A DNA stretch of 64,000 nt from Hungatella sp. (lineage in GTDB: Bacteria; Bacillota; Clostridia; Lachnospirales; Lachnospiraceae), in contig JAAWLV010000001.1 of NCBI GenBank assembly GCA_022798105.1, positions 409 to 64,408 of the forward strand, read 5' to 3'. Below are positions 9,132 through 17,070 of the stretch, in pieces (position 1 is the stretch's first letter; the number at the start of each line of letters is the position of its first letter). The notes beneath the pieces are model-generated. The model was not told where the DNA came from and searched no databases. It was given only the letters and a program-made list of their open reading frames with translations. The translations under genes were made by a program, and so were the position numbers.

Positions 9132-9203
9132 CGGTCCTTCCTGTGACCTTTGCGGAGGGCGGGACTACACGACAGCAGAATGACAGATACGCGGTCTTAA
9201 ATA

Positions 9204-9248
9204 GGGATTGGGAAGAGACACGAGAGGGTTTCTTACAATCCCATTTTT
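9204..9248 (+). terminator. Probable intrinsic terminator
   Basis: GGGATTG...CAATCCC stem followed by ATTTTT. Confidence 0.5.
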
Positions 9249-9393
9249 GCGTATATGCGGTTACGTCTGCAGGGGGTTGTGAACAAAAATAAGAAAGGTC
9301 TCTTTTCAGCCATACACATTAATGGTATACTGGGTATACCTTCCTATGCGGGAGCAAATAATATAAAAAACAACAGGATTCAGGTGATAATAG

Positions 9394-10371
9394 ATGGTAA
9401 ATACAGCGTATCTCTGTGAACACGATGACCAGGGTATCCGAATATTAGAGTACAGAAGCCTGGATGGGCTGGCTGCGGTGCCGGAGCGCATTGACGGCAG
9501 AATTGTCACATCCCTGGCTCCCTACCTGTTTTCCGTACACGAAAATTATAACGATGAGCCCCACCCCCATGCCTTTTGGTGGTCCGGCGAAGGCGGGACG
9601 GTATCCTGGGAGGCAGTGAAAGACCTTCCGGCGGTCAAAGGGGATTTTCTGACAAAACTGCGGCTGCCCGCCGGGCTTAAACAGGTGGGAGCCTATGCCC
9701 TTTATAACTGTGACAGGCTGCAAAAGCTGGAACTTTACAGCTCCACGCTGGACTGGGGGACCGGAGTTTTTACAGGGTGCGTAAATGTAAAAGATCTGGT
9801 GATCCATGTAGACGAGTCCCGCAGGTCCTGTCTGAAAGAGATCCTGGCGGAGCTAAGGCACACCCTGACTGTGACCTATGACGGGGCGGGACGGGCGGTG
9901 CTGGTATTTCCCGAATTTTTTGAAGAAGCAGTGGAAAACACCCCGGCCCGGATCCTTGTGACCAACACCCACGGCTGCGGCCAGAAATACCGAAATGCTT
10001 TTGTGCAGACTCAGTTTCAGTTTAAAGAGTATGACAGCCTGTTTCCCCATGTACAGGTCCAGGAACCGGAGGAACTGGTGACAGAGCTGGCATTGAGGCG
10101 GGTTATGGATCCCTATGGGCTGACGCAGGAGTACAGAGCCCGCTATATGGAATATCTGACCAGGCATAAAATATCGGCTGCATGCCGTTTCGCCCAAAAA
10201 GAGGAGTCCGGCAGTCTTAAGTGGCTGTTAAACGAGATAACCTATGAGCCGGAAGCGCTGAGAGCAGTGATTGAGGCAGCGGGAAAAAACGGGAATACAG
10301 CCTCTGTCAGCTTGCTGATGGATAAAGCAGGGACGGAGAGAAAAGGGAAAAGACGGCGGTTTTCCTTGTAG
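9394..10371 (+). CDS. Cytoplasmic protein with short BspA/LRR_5-type repeats and a helical C-terminal region
   Basis: VPERIDGRIVTSLAPYLF cap and LRLPAGLKQVGAYALYNCDRLQKLEL repeats. No signal peptide. Confidence 0.75.
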   Translation: MVNTAYLCEHDDQGIRILEYRSLDGLAAVPERIDGRIVTSLAPYLFSVHENYNDEPHPHAFWWSGEGGTVSWEAVKDLPAVKGDFLTKLRLPAGLKQVGAYALYNCDRLQKLELYSSTLDWGTGVFTGCVNVKDLVIHVDESRRSCLKEILAELRHTLTVTYDGAGRAVLVFPEFFEEAVENTPARILVTNTHGCGQKYRNAFVQTQFQFKEYDSLFPHVQVQEPEELVTELALRRVMDPYGLTQEYRARYMEYLTRHKISAACRFAQKEESGSLKWLLNEITYEPEALRAVIEAAGKNGNTASVSLLMDKAGTERKGKRRRFSL

Positions 10372-10464
10372 CGGCATGGGCATCCGGGACTTAAGTGAGC
10401 GTCAAAGCTTTTCCTGTTTGTGATGGCCGAAATACCCGAAACCACCAGAAAGGAGACCTATCCC

Positions 10465-11811
10465 ATGATCGATCCCACCAGATACCGGCAGCTGGAAGAA
10501 CTGAATATGGTAAACTTGTGTACCCGTATTCTGCAGGACTCCAGAAACGAGCTGTACTTAAATATGCATTTTCTGGATATCTCCCTCAGCAGCCTTACCT
10601 TTGAGGCGGATCCCTCCATGAAAGGCGTGGGAACGGATGGGTATATCGTATATTACAACCCGGATAACCTGTGCAGCCTCTACCGCAGAGGCCGCGTCCA
10701 TGTAAACCGGGCGTACCTCCACATGATCTTCCACTGTCTTTTCTGCCATTTGGACACCAGGGGCAAGCGGGCCAAAGGGTACTGGGATCTGGCCTGCGAC
10801 ATTGCCATGGAATCCATCATAGACGGACTCTGCCAAAAATGTGTCCACGTGGCGCCCACGCCCTTTCGCCGGGAGACGTATCTGCGTCTTGGAAAGAAAC
10901 TGAAGACGCTGACGGCGGAGGGGATCTATCATGTATTGCAGGAGATGAACCTGTCACGGCAGCAGTATGAGCGGCTGGCGGCGGAATTTTATGTGGACAG
11001 CCATGACCGGTGGGAAGACGATCCGCCGCCGGGGATGCCCATGCCGGTGCCAAGACAGGACAGATGGAAAGACAACCGGGAGAAGATGCAGACGGAGATG
11101 GAGTCCGGCGGACAGGACCCTTCAGGCATGGATCAGGAGAAAAACCTTCTTGAACAGGTTCAGGTGGAAAACAGGGAGCGGTATGACTACAAGAAATTTT
11201 TAAGGCGGTTTGCGGTCATGAAGGAGGAGATGGAGACAGACGACGACTCCTTTGACTACATTTACTACACCTACGGTCTGAACAAGTACGGAAATATGCC
11301 GTTAATAGAGCCGCTGGAGTCAAAAGAAGTGTACCGGATCGAGGACTTTGTGCTGGTCATTGACACGTCCATGTCCTGCTCCGGGGAGCTGGTGAAGCGG
11401 TTTCTGCGGGAGACCTACGGGGTGTTAAGTGAGAGTGAAAGCTATTTCAGGAAGATTAATGTCCATATAATCCAGTGCGACGATCAGGTGCGGTCTGACG
11501 CCGTGATCCGGGACAGGGAGCAGATGGAAGCGTATATGGAGCACTTTGCCGTGGCAGGCTTTGGGGGAACGGATTTCAGACCTGCCTTTGAGTATGTGGA
11601 GCGTTTGCGGAAACAGGGACAGTTTACAAGGCTTCGGGGGCTTTTGTATTTCACCGACGGGAAAGGGATCTATCCGGTGAAGATGCCGCCCTATGACACG
11701 GCATTCGTGTTTGTTCAGGATCAGTATGAGGATGTGTCGGTGCCGTCCTGGGCCATAAAGCTGATTCTGGAGCGGGAACATTGGAAAGATGAGGGAGGAA
11801 ATGAGGATTGA
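10465..11811 (+). CDS. DUF2201-type protein: N-terminal metallopeptidase-like domain plus C-terminal vWA domain
   Basis: HMIFHCLFCH and WDLACD in the N-domain. MIDAS residues VIDTSMS, GGTDF and YFTDG. AAGGAG RBS before the ATG at 10465 (track start 10420). Confidence 0.85.
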   Translation: MIDPTRYRQLEELNMVNLCTRILQDSRNELYLNMHFLDISLSSLTFEADPSMKGVGTDGYIVYYNPDNLCSLYRRGRVHVNRAYLHMIFHCLFCHLDTRGKRAKGYWDLACDIAMESIIDGLCQKCVHVAPTPFRRETYLRLGKKLKTLTAEGIYHVLQEMNLSRQQYERLAAEFYVDSHDRWEDDPPPGMPMPVPRQDRWKDNREKMQTEMESGGQDPSGMDQEKNLLEQVQVENRERYDYKKFLRRFAVMKEEMETDDDSFDYIYYTYGLNKYGNMPLIEPLESKEVYRIEDFVLVIDTSMSCSGELVKRFLRETYGVLSESESYFRKINVHIIQCDDQVRSDAVIRDREQMEAYMEHFAVAGFGGTDFRPAFEYVERLRKQGQFTRLRGLLYFTDGKGIYPVKMPPYDTAFVFVQDQYEDVSVPSWAIKLILEREHWKDEGGNED

Positions 11812-13346
11812 ATATTAAGCGAGCCAAGGAAGAGATCAAGAACACCATTGAGGCGTATTTGCTGCGGGACCGGTACGGGGCCTATGAGATCCCCTCCATC
11901 AGGCAGAGGCCGGTGCTGCTCATCGGCCCTCCGGGCATAGGAAAGACCCAGATCATGGAGCAGATTTCCCAGGAGTGCCGCATCGGCCTGGTGTCCTACA
12001 CCATCACTCACCATACCAGGCAGAGCGCCATCGGCCTGCCCTTTATCCAGGACCGGATCTATGACTCCAGGCGGTGTTCCGTCACCGAGTACACCATGAG
12101 CGAGATCGTGGCGTCCATTTACGACAAGATTGCCGACACGGGGCTTTCGGAGGGGATTTTGTTTATTGATGAAATCAACTGCGTGTCCGAGACTCTGGCG
12201 CCTACCATGCTGCAGTTTCTCCAGTGCAAGACCTTTGGTAACCACAGCATCCCCAAGGGGTGGATCATCGTGGCGGCAGGAAATCCGCCGGAGTATAACA
12301 AGTCGGTGCGGGAGTTTGACATCGTTACCCTGGACAGGATCAAGATGATCCCCGTGGAGGCGGATTACGGGGTGTGGCGGGAGTATGCCCAGCAGGTACA
12401 CATCCACCCGGCGATTATCTCCTACCTGGATGTGAAAAAGCAGAATTTCTGCCGCATTGAGACCACGGTGGACGGGAAGACATTTGCCACCCCCAGAGGG
12501 TGGGAGGACTTATCCAGGCTGATGGAGGTCTATGAAAAGCTTCACAGGACCGTGGATCGGGAGGTTGTGTTCCAGTATATCCAGTACCCGCTGATTGCCA
12601 GGGATTTTGCCAATTATCTGGAGCTTTACTATAAGTACGAAAAAGATTATCAGGTGGAGGCCATCTTAGACGGCCAGGTGCAGGAAAATATTTACACCAG
12701 GCTGGAGCGGGCGCCCTTTGACGAGCGGTTAAGCGTTATGAGCCTTTTGCTGGCCGGGCTTAACAGCGGATTTCGGAATTTGCAGGAAAAGAGGCAGCGT
12801 CTGGAACGTCTGGAGAAGATTTTCCGCAGGCTGAAGCCAAAGGGGGCTAAGGAGACGGATGGAGGCGGGGCGGACGCCGGCAGAACGGAGTACGATTCCC
12901 CGGCGGAGTACCTGGCGGGCCTTGCGGCGGGCATGCAGGCGGAGCGGAAATATAAGCTGGAGTCCAGGCTGCTTAGCCGGAAAGAAGACCATCTGTACCA
13001 GGATGTGATGGCTGTCCTTGAAAGGACGCTCCAGGCCATAAAAGCGGACAGTTGCCAGACGGAGGAGGAAGTGTGGAAGAAAGTGTCGGAGATTTTTCAG
13101 ACGGAAAATCAGGCTTACGAGACCCTGTTTGACCTTTGCGCCGACAGGCTGGAACATACGTTTGATTTTATGGAGGCGGCCTTTGGCAGCGGACAGGAGA
13201 TGGTGGTGTTCGTCACCGGGCTCAATACCGGATTTTACAGCGTGGATTTTCTGCAGGAATACGCGTGTGAGCGGTATTATGAGTACAATAAAATGCTTTT
13301 ATTTGACGACAGGGAGAAAGAAATCCTGAAACAGATGGAATCTTAA
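11808..13346 (+). CDS. MoxR-like AAA+ ATPase with helical/coiled-coil C-terminus
   Basis: Walker A GPPGIGKT, Walker B ILFIDE, AAGNPP and TPRGWE. The TTG start overlaps the vWA stop. Confidence 0.88.
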   Translation: MNIKRAKEEIKNTIEAYLLRDRYGAYEIPSIRQRPVLLIGPPGIGKTQIMEQISQECRIGLVSYTITHHTRQSAIGLPFIQDRIYDSRRCSVTEYTMSEIVASIYDKIADTGLSEGILFIDEINCVSETLAPTMLQFLQCKTFGNHSIPKGWIIVAAGNPPEYNKSVREFDIVTLDRIKMIPVEADYGVWREYAQQVHIHPAIISYLDVKKQNFCRIETTVDGKTFATPRGWEDLSRLMEVYEKLHRTVDREVVFQYIQYPLIARDFANYLELYYKYEKDYQVEAILDGQVQENIYTRLERAPFDERLSVMSLLLAGLNSGFRNLQEKRQRLERLEKIFRRLKPKGAKETDGGGADAGRTEYDSPAEYLAGLAAGMQAERKYKLESRLLSRKEDHLYQDVMAVLERTLQAIKADSCQTEEEVWKKVSEIFQTENQAYETLFDLCADRLEHTFDFMEAAFGSGQEMVVFVTGLNTGFYSVDFLQEYACERYYEYNKMLLFDDREKEILKQMES

Positions 13347-13351
13347 GGAAA

Positions 13352-13702
13352 ATGATATTGCTTTTTATTTCCGTTTCAGAAACTGCCGATCTGGCATGTC
13401 CTCTGGAGGGCTGCGGCCAGACCGGGTACCATACTCATGACGGTTATGGATATTGGGGATGTTATCGGGTCTGCACAGAAGAAGGATGCAGTACCGTGGG
13501 ACATCACACTCATGACAGCCATGACTGCTGGGGATATTATCCGGTTTGTACAGTGGAGGGCTGCGGGGAGACGGGCCATCACGTTCATGACGGGCACGGA
13601 TATTGCAGTTATGAACATAGAAGCGGGTACTGCGACGGTTCCTGTGCGGCAGCTGCCGATAACAGCGCTTATTGCGGAGGACATCATGGGTGCCGCCGGT
13701 AG
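13352..13702 (+). CDS. Small Cys/His-rich repeat protein (three 25-aa C-x4-C-x5-H-x-H units)
   Basis: CPLEGCGQTGYHTHD, CTEEGCSTVGHHTHD, CTVEGCGETGHHVHD. The amino-acid pattern is conserved while the DNA has diverged. Confidence 0.6.
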   Translation: MILLFISVSETADLACPLEGCGQTGYHTHDGYGYWGCYRVCTEEGCSTVGHHTHDSHDCWGYYPVCTVEGCGETGHHVHDGHGYCSYEHRSGYCDGSCAAAADNSAYCGGHHGCRR

Positions 13703-13713
13703 GGCAGAAGCAT

Positions 13714-13760
13714 AAAAGAGCAGGTGAAAGGGCCTATGCCGATTCACCTGCCTTTTTTAT
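13714..13760. terminator. Bidirectional intrinsic terminator
   Basis: GCAGGTGAA...TTCACCTGC stem flanked by A and T runs, between convergent genes. Confidence 0.75.
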
Positions 13761-13804
13761 GTTTGGGGCAAGAGCGTACTTGCCGGATGTAGAAATTTCA
13801 GAAA

Positions 13805-14422
13805 TTATTTGTGCTGTTCATAATACTCGTCGAACAGTTTGTTAACAGCAGAGTGGGTATCGCCGCAGATAGACGGCAGAGATCCGCCCCATGCCTCTTC
13901 TGCCTGGCTGAAACCTTTATCCACAGCAGCCTGATATTTTTTCATTAATTCCGGGTCATCTCCTGCCAAAGCAGAAGCGAAATCGAAAATTCTCTGGGAA
14001 GTCTGCTTTACACCCCAGAAGCCGTCCTCAGATATAGCCGCCTGAGCATCAGCCTTGGTCTTGGCATCTACGGTGTAATTGCCGCTTGCCATCATCTTCC
14101 AGAAATCATCGCCGTTAGCCATGGAAAAATTAATGCCCTGCTTCTGGAAATTCTGTACCATCATATTGGTGAAGCGGGACATCTGGTTATTCAGATCATC
14201 CTTCAGGCTCTGAACCAGGGAAGCCCTGTCAGAAGCGCTCATCTTTGTGGTTGCTTTTGCGTCTTGGCTAAGTTCAACCCGATCTACATCAGGCTGTTTT
14301 TCAGCGCTGGCAGCAACATCGGCAGTCTGCTTTTCAACGGTAGCAGATGAAACGGCTGACGGGGATTTAGTCTGTACGGGCTGGCTATAAACTCTCATAG
14401 TCGCATCCTGATCAACTCTCAT
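13805..14422 (-). CDS. Conserved-looking hypothetical protein, candidate member of the flagellar regulon
   Basis: AAGGAGG RBS. Low-complexity N-terminus with DRVELS, and a C-terminal domain GFWGVKQTSQRIFDFA...GFSQAEEAWGGSLP. Confidence 0.75.
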   Translation of the reverse strand: MRVDQDATMRVYSQPVQTKSPSAVSSATVEKQTADVAASAEKQPDVDRVELSQDAKATTKMSASDRASLVQSLKDDLNNQMSRFTNMMVQNFQKQGINFSMANGDDFWKMMASGNYTVDAKTKADAQAAISEDGFWGVKQTSQRIFDFASALAGDDPELMKKYQAAVDKGFSQAEEAWGGSLPSICGDTHSAVNKLFDEYYEQHK

Positions 14423-14469
14423 AAAGTCCTCCTTTTTGGCAAATATTATAAAATACGTTTATAAGGATT

Positions 14470-14496
14470 ATATCGGCATATCAAATGGAAAAATAA
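14470..14496 (-). promoter_or_regulatory. Candidate sigma-28 (FliA/SigD) promoter
   Basis: Perfect GCCGATAT -10 (14477-14470). TTAT sits 15 nt upstream, an imperfect match to the TAAA -35. Confidence 0.55.
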
Positions 14497-14610
14497 GGTG
14501 AACAAAAGGGAAAATGTGGATACAGCCTCAAAATACGGATAAAAATGTGGATAAGCTTCCGGGGATGGAGCTATGGGATTTGGAAGCTGCGAAAAGCGGG
14601 GCAGAGAAAG

Positions 14611-14654
14611 TTTAGAATGATTTTAGAAATGTACCTGTAGAAATATGCTATAAT
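14611..14654 (+). promoter_or_regulatory. Tandem TTTAGAA boxes (11-bp period) and extended -10: candidate OmpR-type autoregulated promoter
   Basis: TTTAGAA at 14611 and 14622. TGcTATAAT at 14646-14654. Confidence 0.55.
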
Positions 14655-14704
14655 TAAAACGTGCATGGATATGCACACAGGCCGTAATCGGAGGTGTTTT
14701 TTCC

Positions 14705-16222
14705 ATGAAAATCAAGACCCGTTTATTGATTGCGTTTATAACCATAACGCTGGTGCCCATGATGCTGATTTATCTGGCATTCAGTGTGCTGAGCAATTAT
14801 CAGATGCGCGCATTCAGAGAATCCCATGGCCTTACGGAGCCTGTTGATCTTTTATCCGGCAATACGATTCAGATATTCAACCGTCTGACCCAGAACAATC
14901 AGAAAGCCATACAGGAAAAGCTGAAGAGCGATCCGGACAGCTTTGCCGATTTGGACTATTTGGATATGCTCAATCAGGAACTGAAAGCGAAATATGCCTA
15001 TCTTATCGTCCGAAGAGGGGATCAATTTATATATTCAGGCATGGATCCGGACAGCTCGGAGATCTACAGTCATCTTACCAATTATAATGAGTCGGAAATC
15101 CCCCTTTCAGAAGGGGGGATTTATCTGGACGGGGAAACCCAGCATCTGATAAAACAGGTGGATTTTAAGTACAGCGACGGGGTGGAGGGCAGCGTATTCA
15201 TTATATCCAGCATAGATGATTTTGTTCCGGAAGTCAAATCCATGTTTACGGAGATTTTACTTTCAGGGATCATGATTCTTGTATTTACGGGGATTATGCT
15301 CACAGGCTGGGTTTACAAGTCTCTTTTGGCACCGCTCAATAAACTGCAGCTGGCTACCAATGAGATTAAAAACGGAAACCTGGATTTTACCCTGGATGTG
15401 GATATGGACAACGGAGATGAAATCAGCCAGCTTTGCCAGGATTTTGAGGAGATGCGGATGCGTCTGAAAGAATCCACAGAGGAGAAGGTTCAATACGACA
15501 AAGAAAGCAAGGAACTGATCAGCAACATTTCCCATGACCTTAAAACTCCTATCACTGCCATAAAGGGATATGTGGAGGGGATTCTGGACGGTGTGGCATC
15601 CTCTCCTGAAAAGCTGGATAAATATATCAGAACCATATACAATAAAGCCAACGATATGGACAGGCTTATTGACGAGCTGACATTTTATTCCAAAATCGAC
15701 ACCAATAAGATACCGTACACATTTTCAAAGATCAATGTAGCCAACTATTTCCGGGACTGTGTGGAGGAGGTAGGGCTGGAGCTGGATTCCAACAATATAG
15801 AACTTGGATATTTCAATTACGTGGACGAGGATGTGGTGGTTATTGCCGATGCGGAGCAGATGAAGCGGGTTGTTAACAACATTATCAGCAACTCGGTGAA
15901 ATATCTGGACAAGAAACGGGGAATCATTAATATCCGCATCAAAGATGTGGGAGATTTCATTCAGGTGGAGATTGAGGATAACGGGCGCGGAATCGGGGCT
16001 AAGGAGCTGCCCAACATATTCGACAGATTTTACCGCACGGATTCTTCGAGAAACTCCTCTAAGGGCGGAAGCGGGATCGGGCTGTCCATTGTCCGAAAGA
16101 TTATTGAGGATCACGGCGGTAAGATTTGGGCTACCAGCAAAGAGGGAATCGGCACGGAGATTCATTTTGTACTAAGAAAATATCAGGAGGTTATTCATGA
16201 TGAAGAAGATCTTGATCATTGA
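14705..16222 (+). CDS. HAMP-domain sensor histidine kinase
   Basis: Two TM helices, ISHDLKTP H-box, NSVKY, DNGRGI and GSGIGL. Confidence 0.93.
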   Translation: MKIKTRLLIAFITITLVPMMLIYLAFSVLSNYQMRAFRESHGLTEPVDLLSGNTIQIFNRLTQNNQKAIQEKLKSDPDSFADLDYLDMLNQELKAKYAYLIVRRGDQFIYSGMDPDSSEIYSHLTNYNESEIPLSEGGIYLDGETQHLIKQVDFKYSDGVEGSVFIISSIDDFVPEVKSMFTEILLSGIMILVFTGIMLTGWVYKSLLAPLNKLQLATNEIKNGNLDFTLDVDMDNGDEISQLCQDFEEMRMRLKESTEEKVQYDKESKELISNISHDLKTPITAIKGYVEGILDGVASSPEKLDKYIRTIYNKANDMDRLIDELTFYSKIDTNKIPYTFSKINVANYFRDCVEEVGLELDSNNIELGYFNYVDEDVVVIADAEQMKRVVNNIISNSVKYLDKKRGIINIRIKDVGDFIQVEIEDNGRGIGAKELPNIFDRFYRTDSSRNSSKGGSGIGLSIVRKIIEDHGGKIWATSKEGIGTEIHFVLRKYQEVIHDEEDLDH

Positions 16223-16889
16223 AGATGAAGAAAGCATTGCGGAGCTGGAGAAGGATTATCTGGAACTGAGCGGCTTTGAGGTAGAGATTGACAATGACGG
16301 GGAGAGCGGGCTTTCAAAAGCACTCCAGGGGGATTACGATCTGTTTATCCTGGATCTGATGCTTCCAGGGATGGACGGATTTGAAATATGCCGGAAGGTG
16401 AGGGAAGTCAAGAATACGCCTATTATTATGGTTTCTGCTAAAAAAGAGGATATCGACAAAATCCGCGGCCTTGGGCTGGGAGCTGACGACTATATAACCA
16501 AGCCCTTCAGTCCAAGCGAAATGGTAGCCCGTGTTAAGGCCCATCTGGCCAGATATGAGCGTCTGATCGGAAGCGGTATGCCGGATAATGAGATTATTGA
16601 GATCCGCGGGTTAAAGATCGATAAGACAGCAAGGCGTGTATGGATAAACGGCGAGGAGAAAAACTTCACGACCAAAGAGTTTGACCTTCTTACATTTTTG
16701 GCCCAGAATCCCAACCATGTATATACCAAGGAGGAGCTGTTCAGCAAAATCTGGGATATGGAGTCTATCGGGGATATAGCCACCGTGACCGTGCATATAA
16801 AGAAGATCCGGGAAAAGATAGAGTTTAATACGGCAAAACCCCAGTATATTGAAACTATCTGGGGGGTTGGATACCGCTTTAAGGTTTGA
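16197..16889 (+). CDS. OmpR-family response regulator
   Basis: ILIIEDE, LDLMLP, KPFS and IETIWGVGYRF. Confidence 0.95.
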   Translation: MMKKILIIEDEESIAELEKDYLELSGFEVEIDNDGESGLSKALQGDYDLFILDLMLPGMDGFEICRKVREVKNTPIIMVSAKKEDIDKIRGLGLGADDYITKPFSPSEMVARVKAHLARYERLIGSGMPDNEIIEIRGLKIDKTARRVWINGEEKNFTTKEFDLLTFLAQNPNHVYTKEELFSKIWDMESIGDIATVTVHIKKIREKIEFNTAKPQYIETIWGVGYRFKV

Positions 16890-16920
16890 AAAAAGTTTGA
16901 TAAAACCGTAAATTTGCTGA

Positions 16921-16949
16921 TTGACATATGGGAAGAGGTCTGTTATAGT
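16921..16949 (+). promoter_or_regulatory. Sigma-A promoter upstream of the DEAD-box helicase
   Basis: TTGACA, 17 nt ending TGT, TATAGT. Confidence 0.7.
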
Positions 16950-17070
16950 TTATTAATGTGCAAAACGAGAAGATTCAGGGTCTGTCTTGAATGTTCTCGT
17001 TTTTTGCCCTTATAGCGAGGATAATGATTCAGAACAAATCGTATTTGACAGATTATGGAAAGGAAAATAA

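Noticed and set aside
13917-14554. DnaA-box matches (TTATCCACA at 13917, TGTGGATAA at 14546, one-mismatch copy at 14515)
   Set aside because: Too few and scattered, one lies within a coding region, and there is no dnaA or unwinding element nearby. Not an origin.
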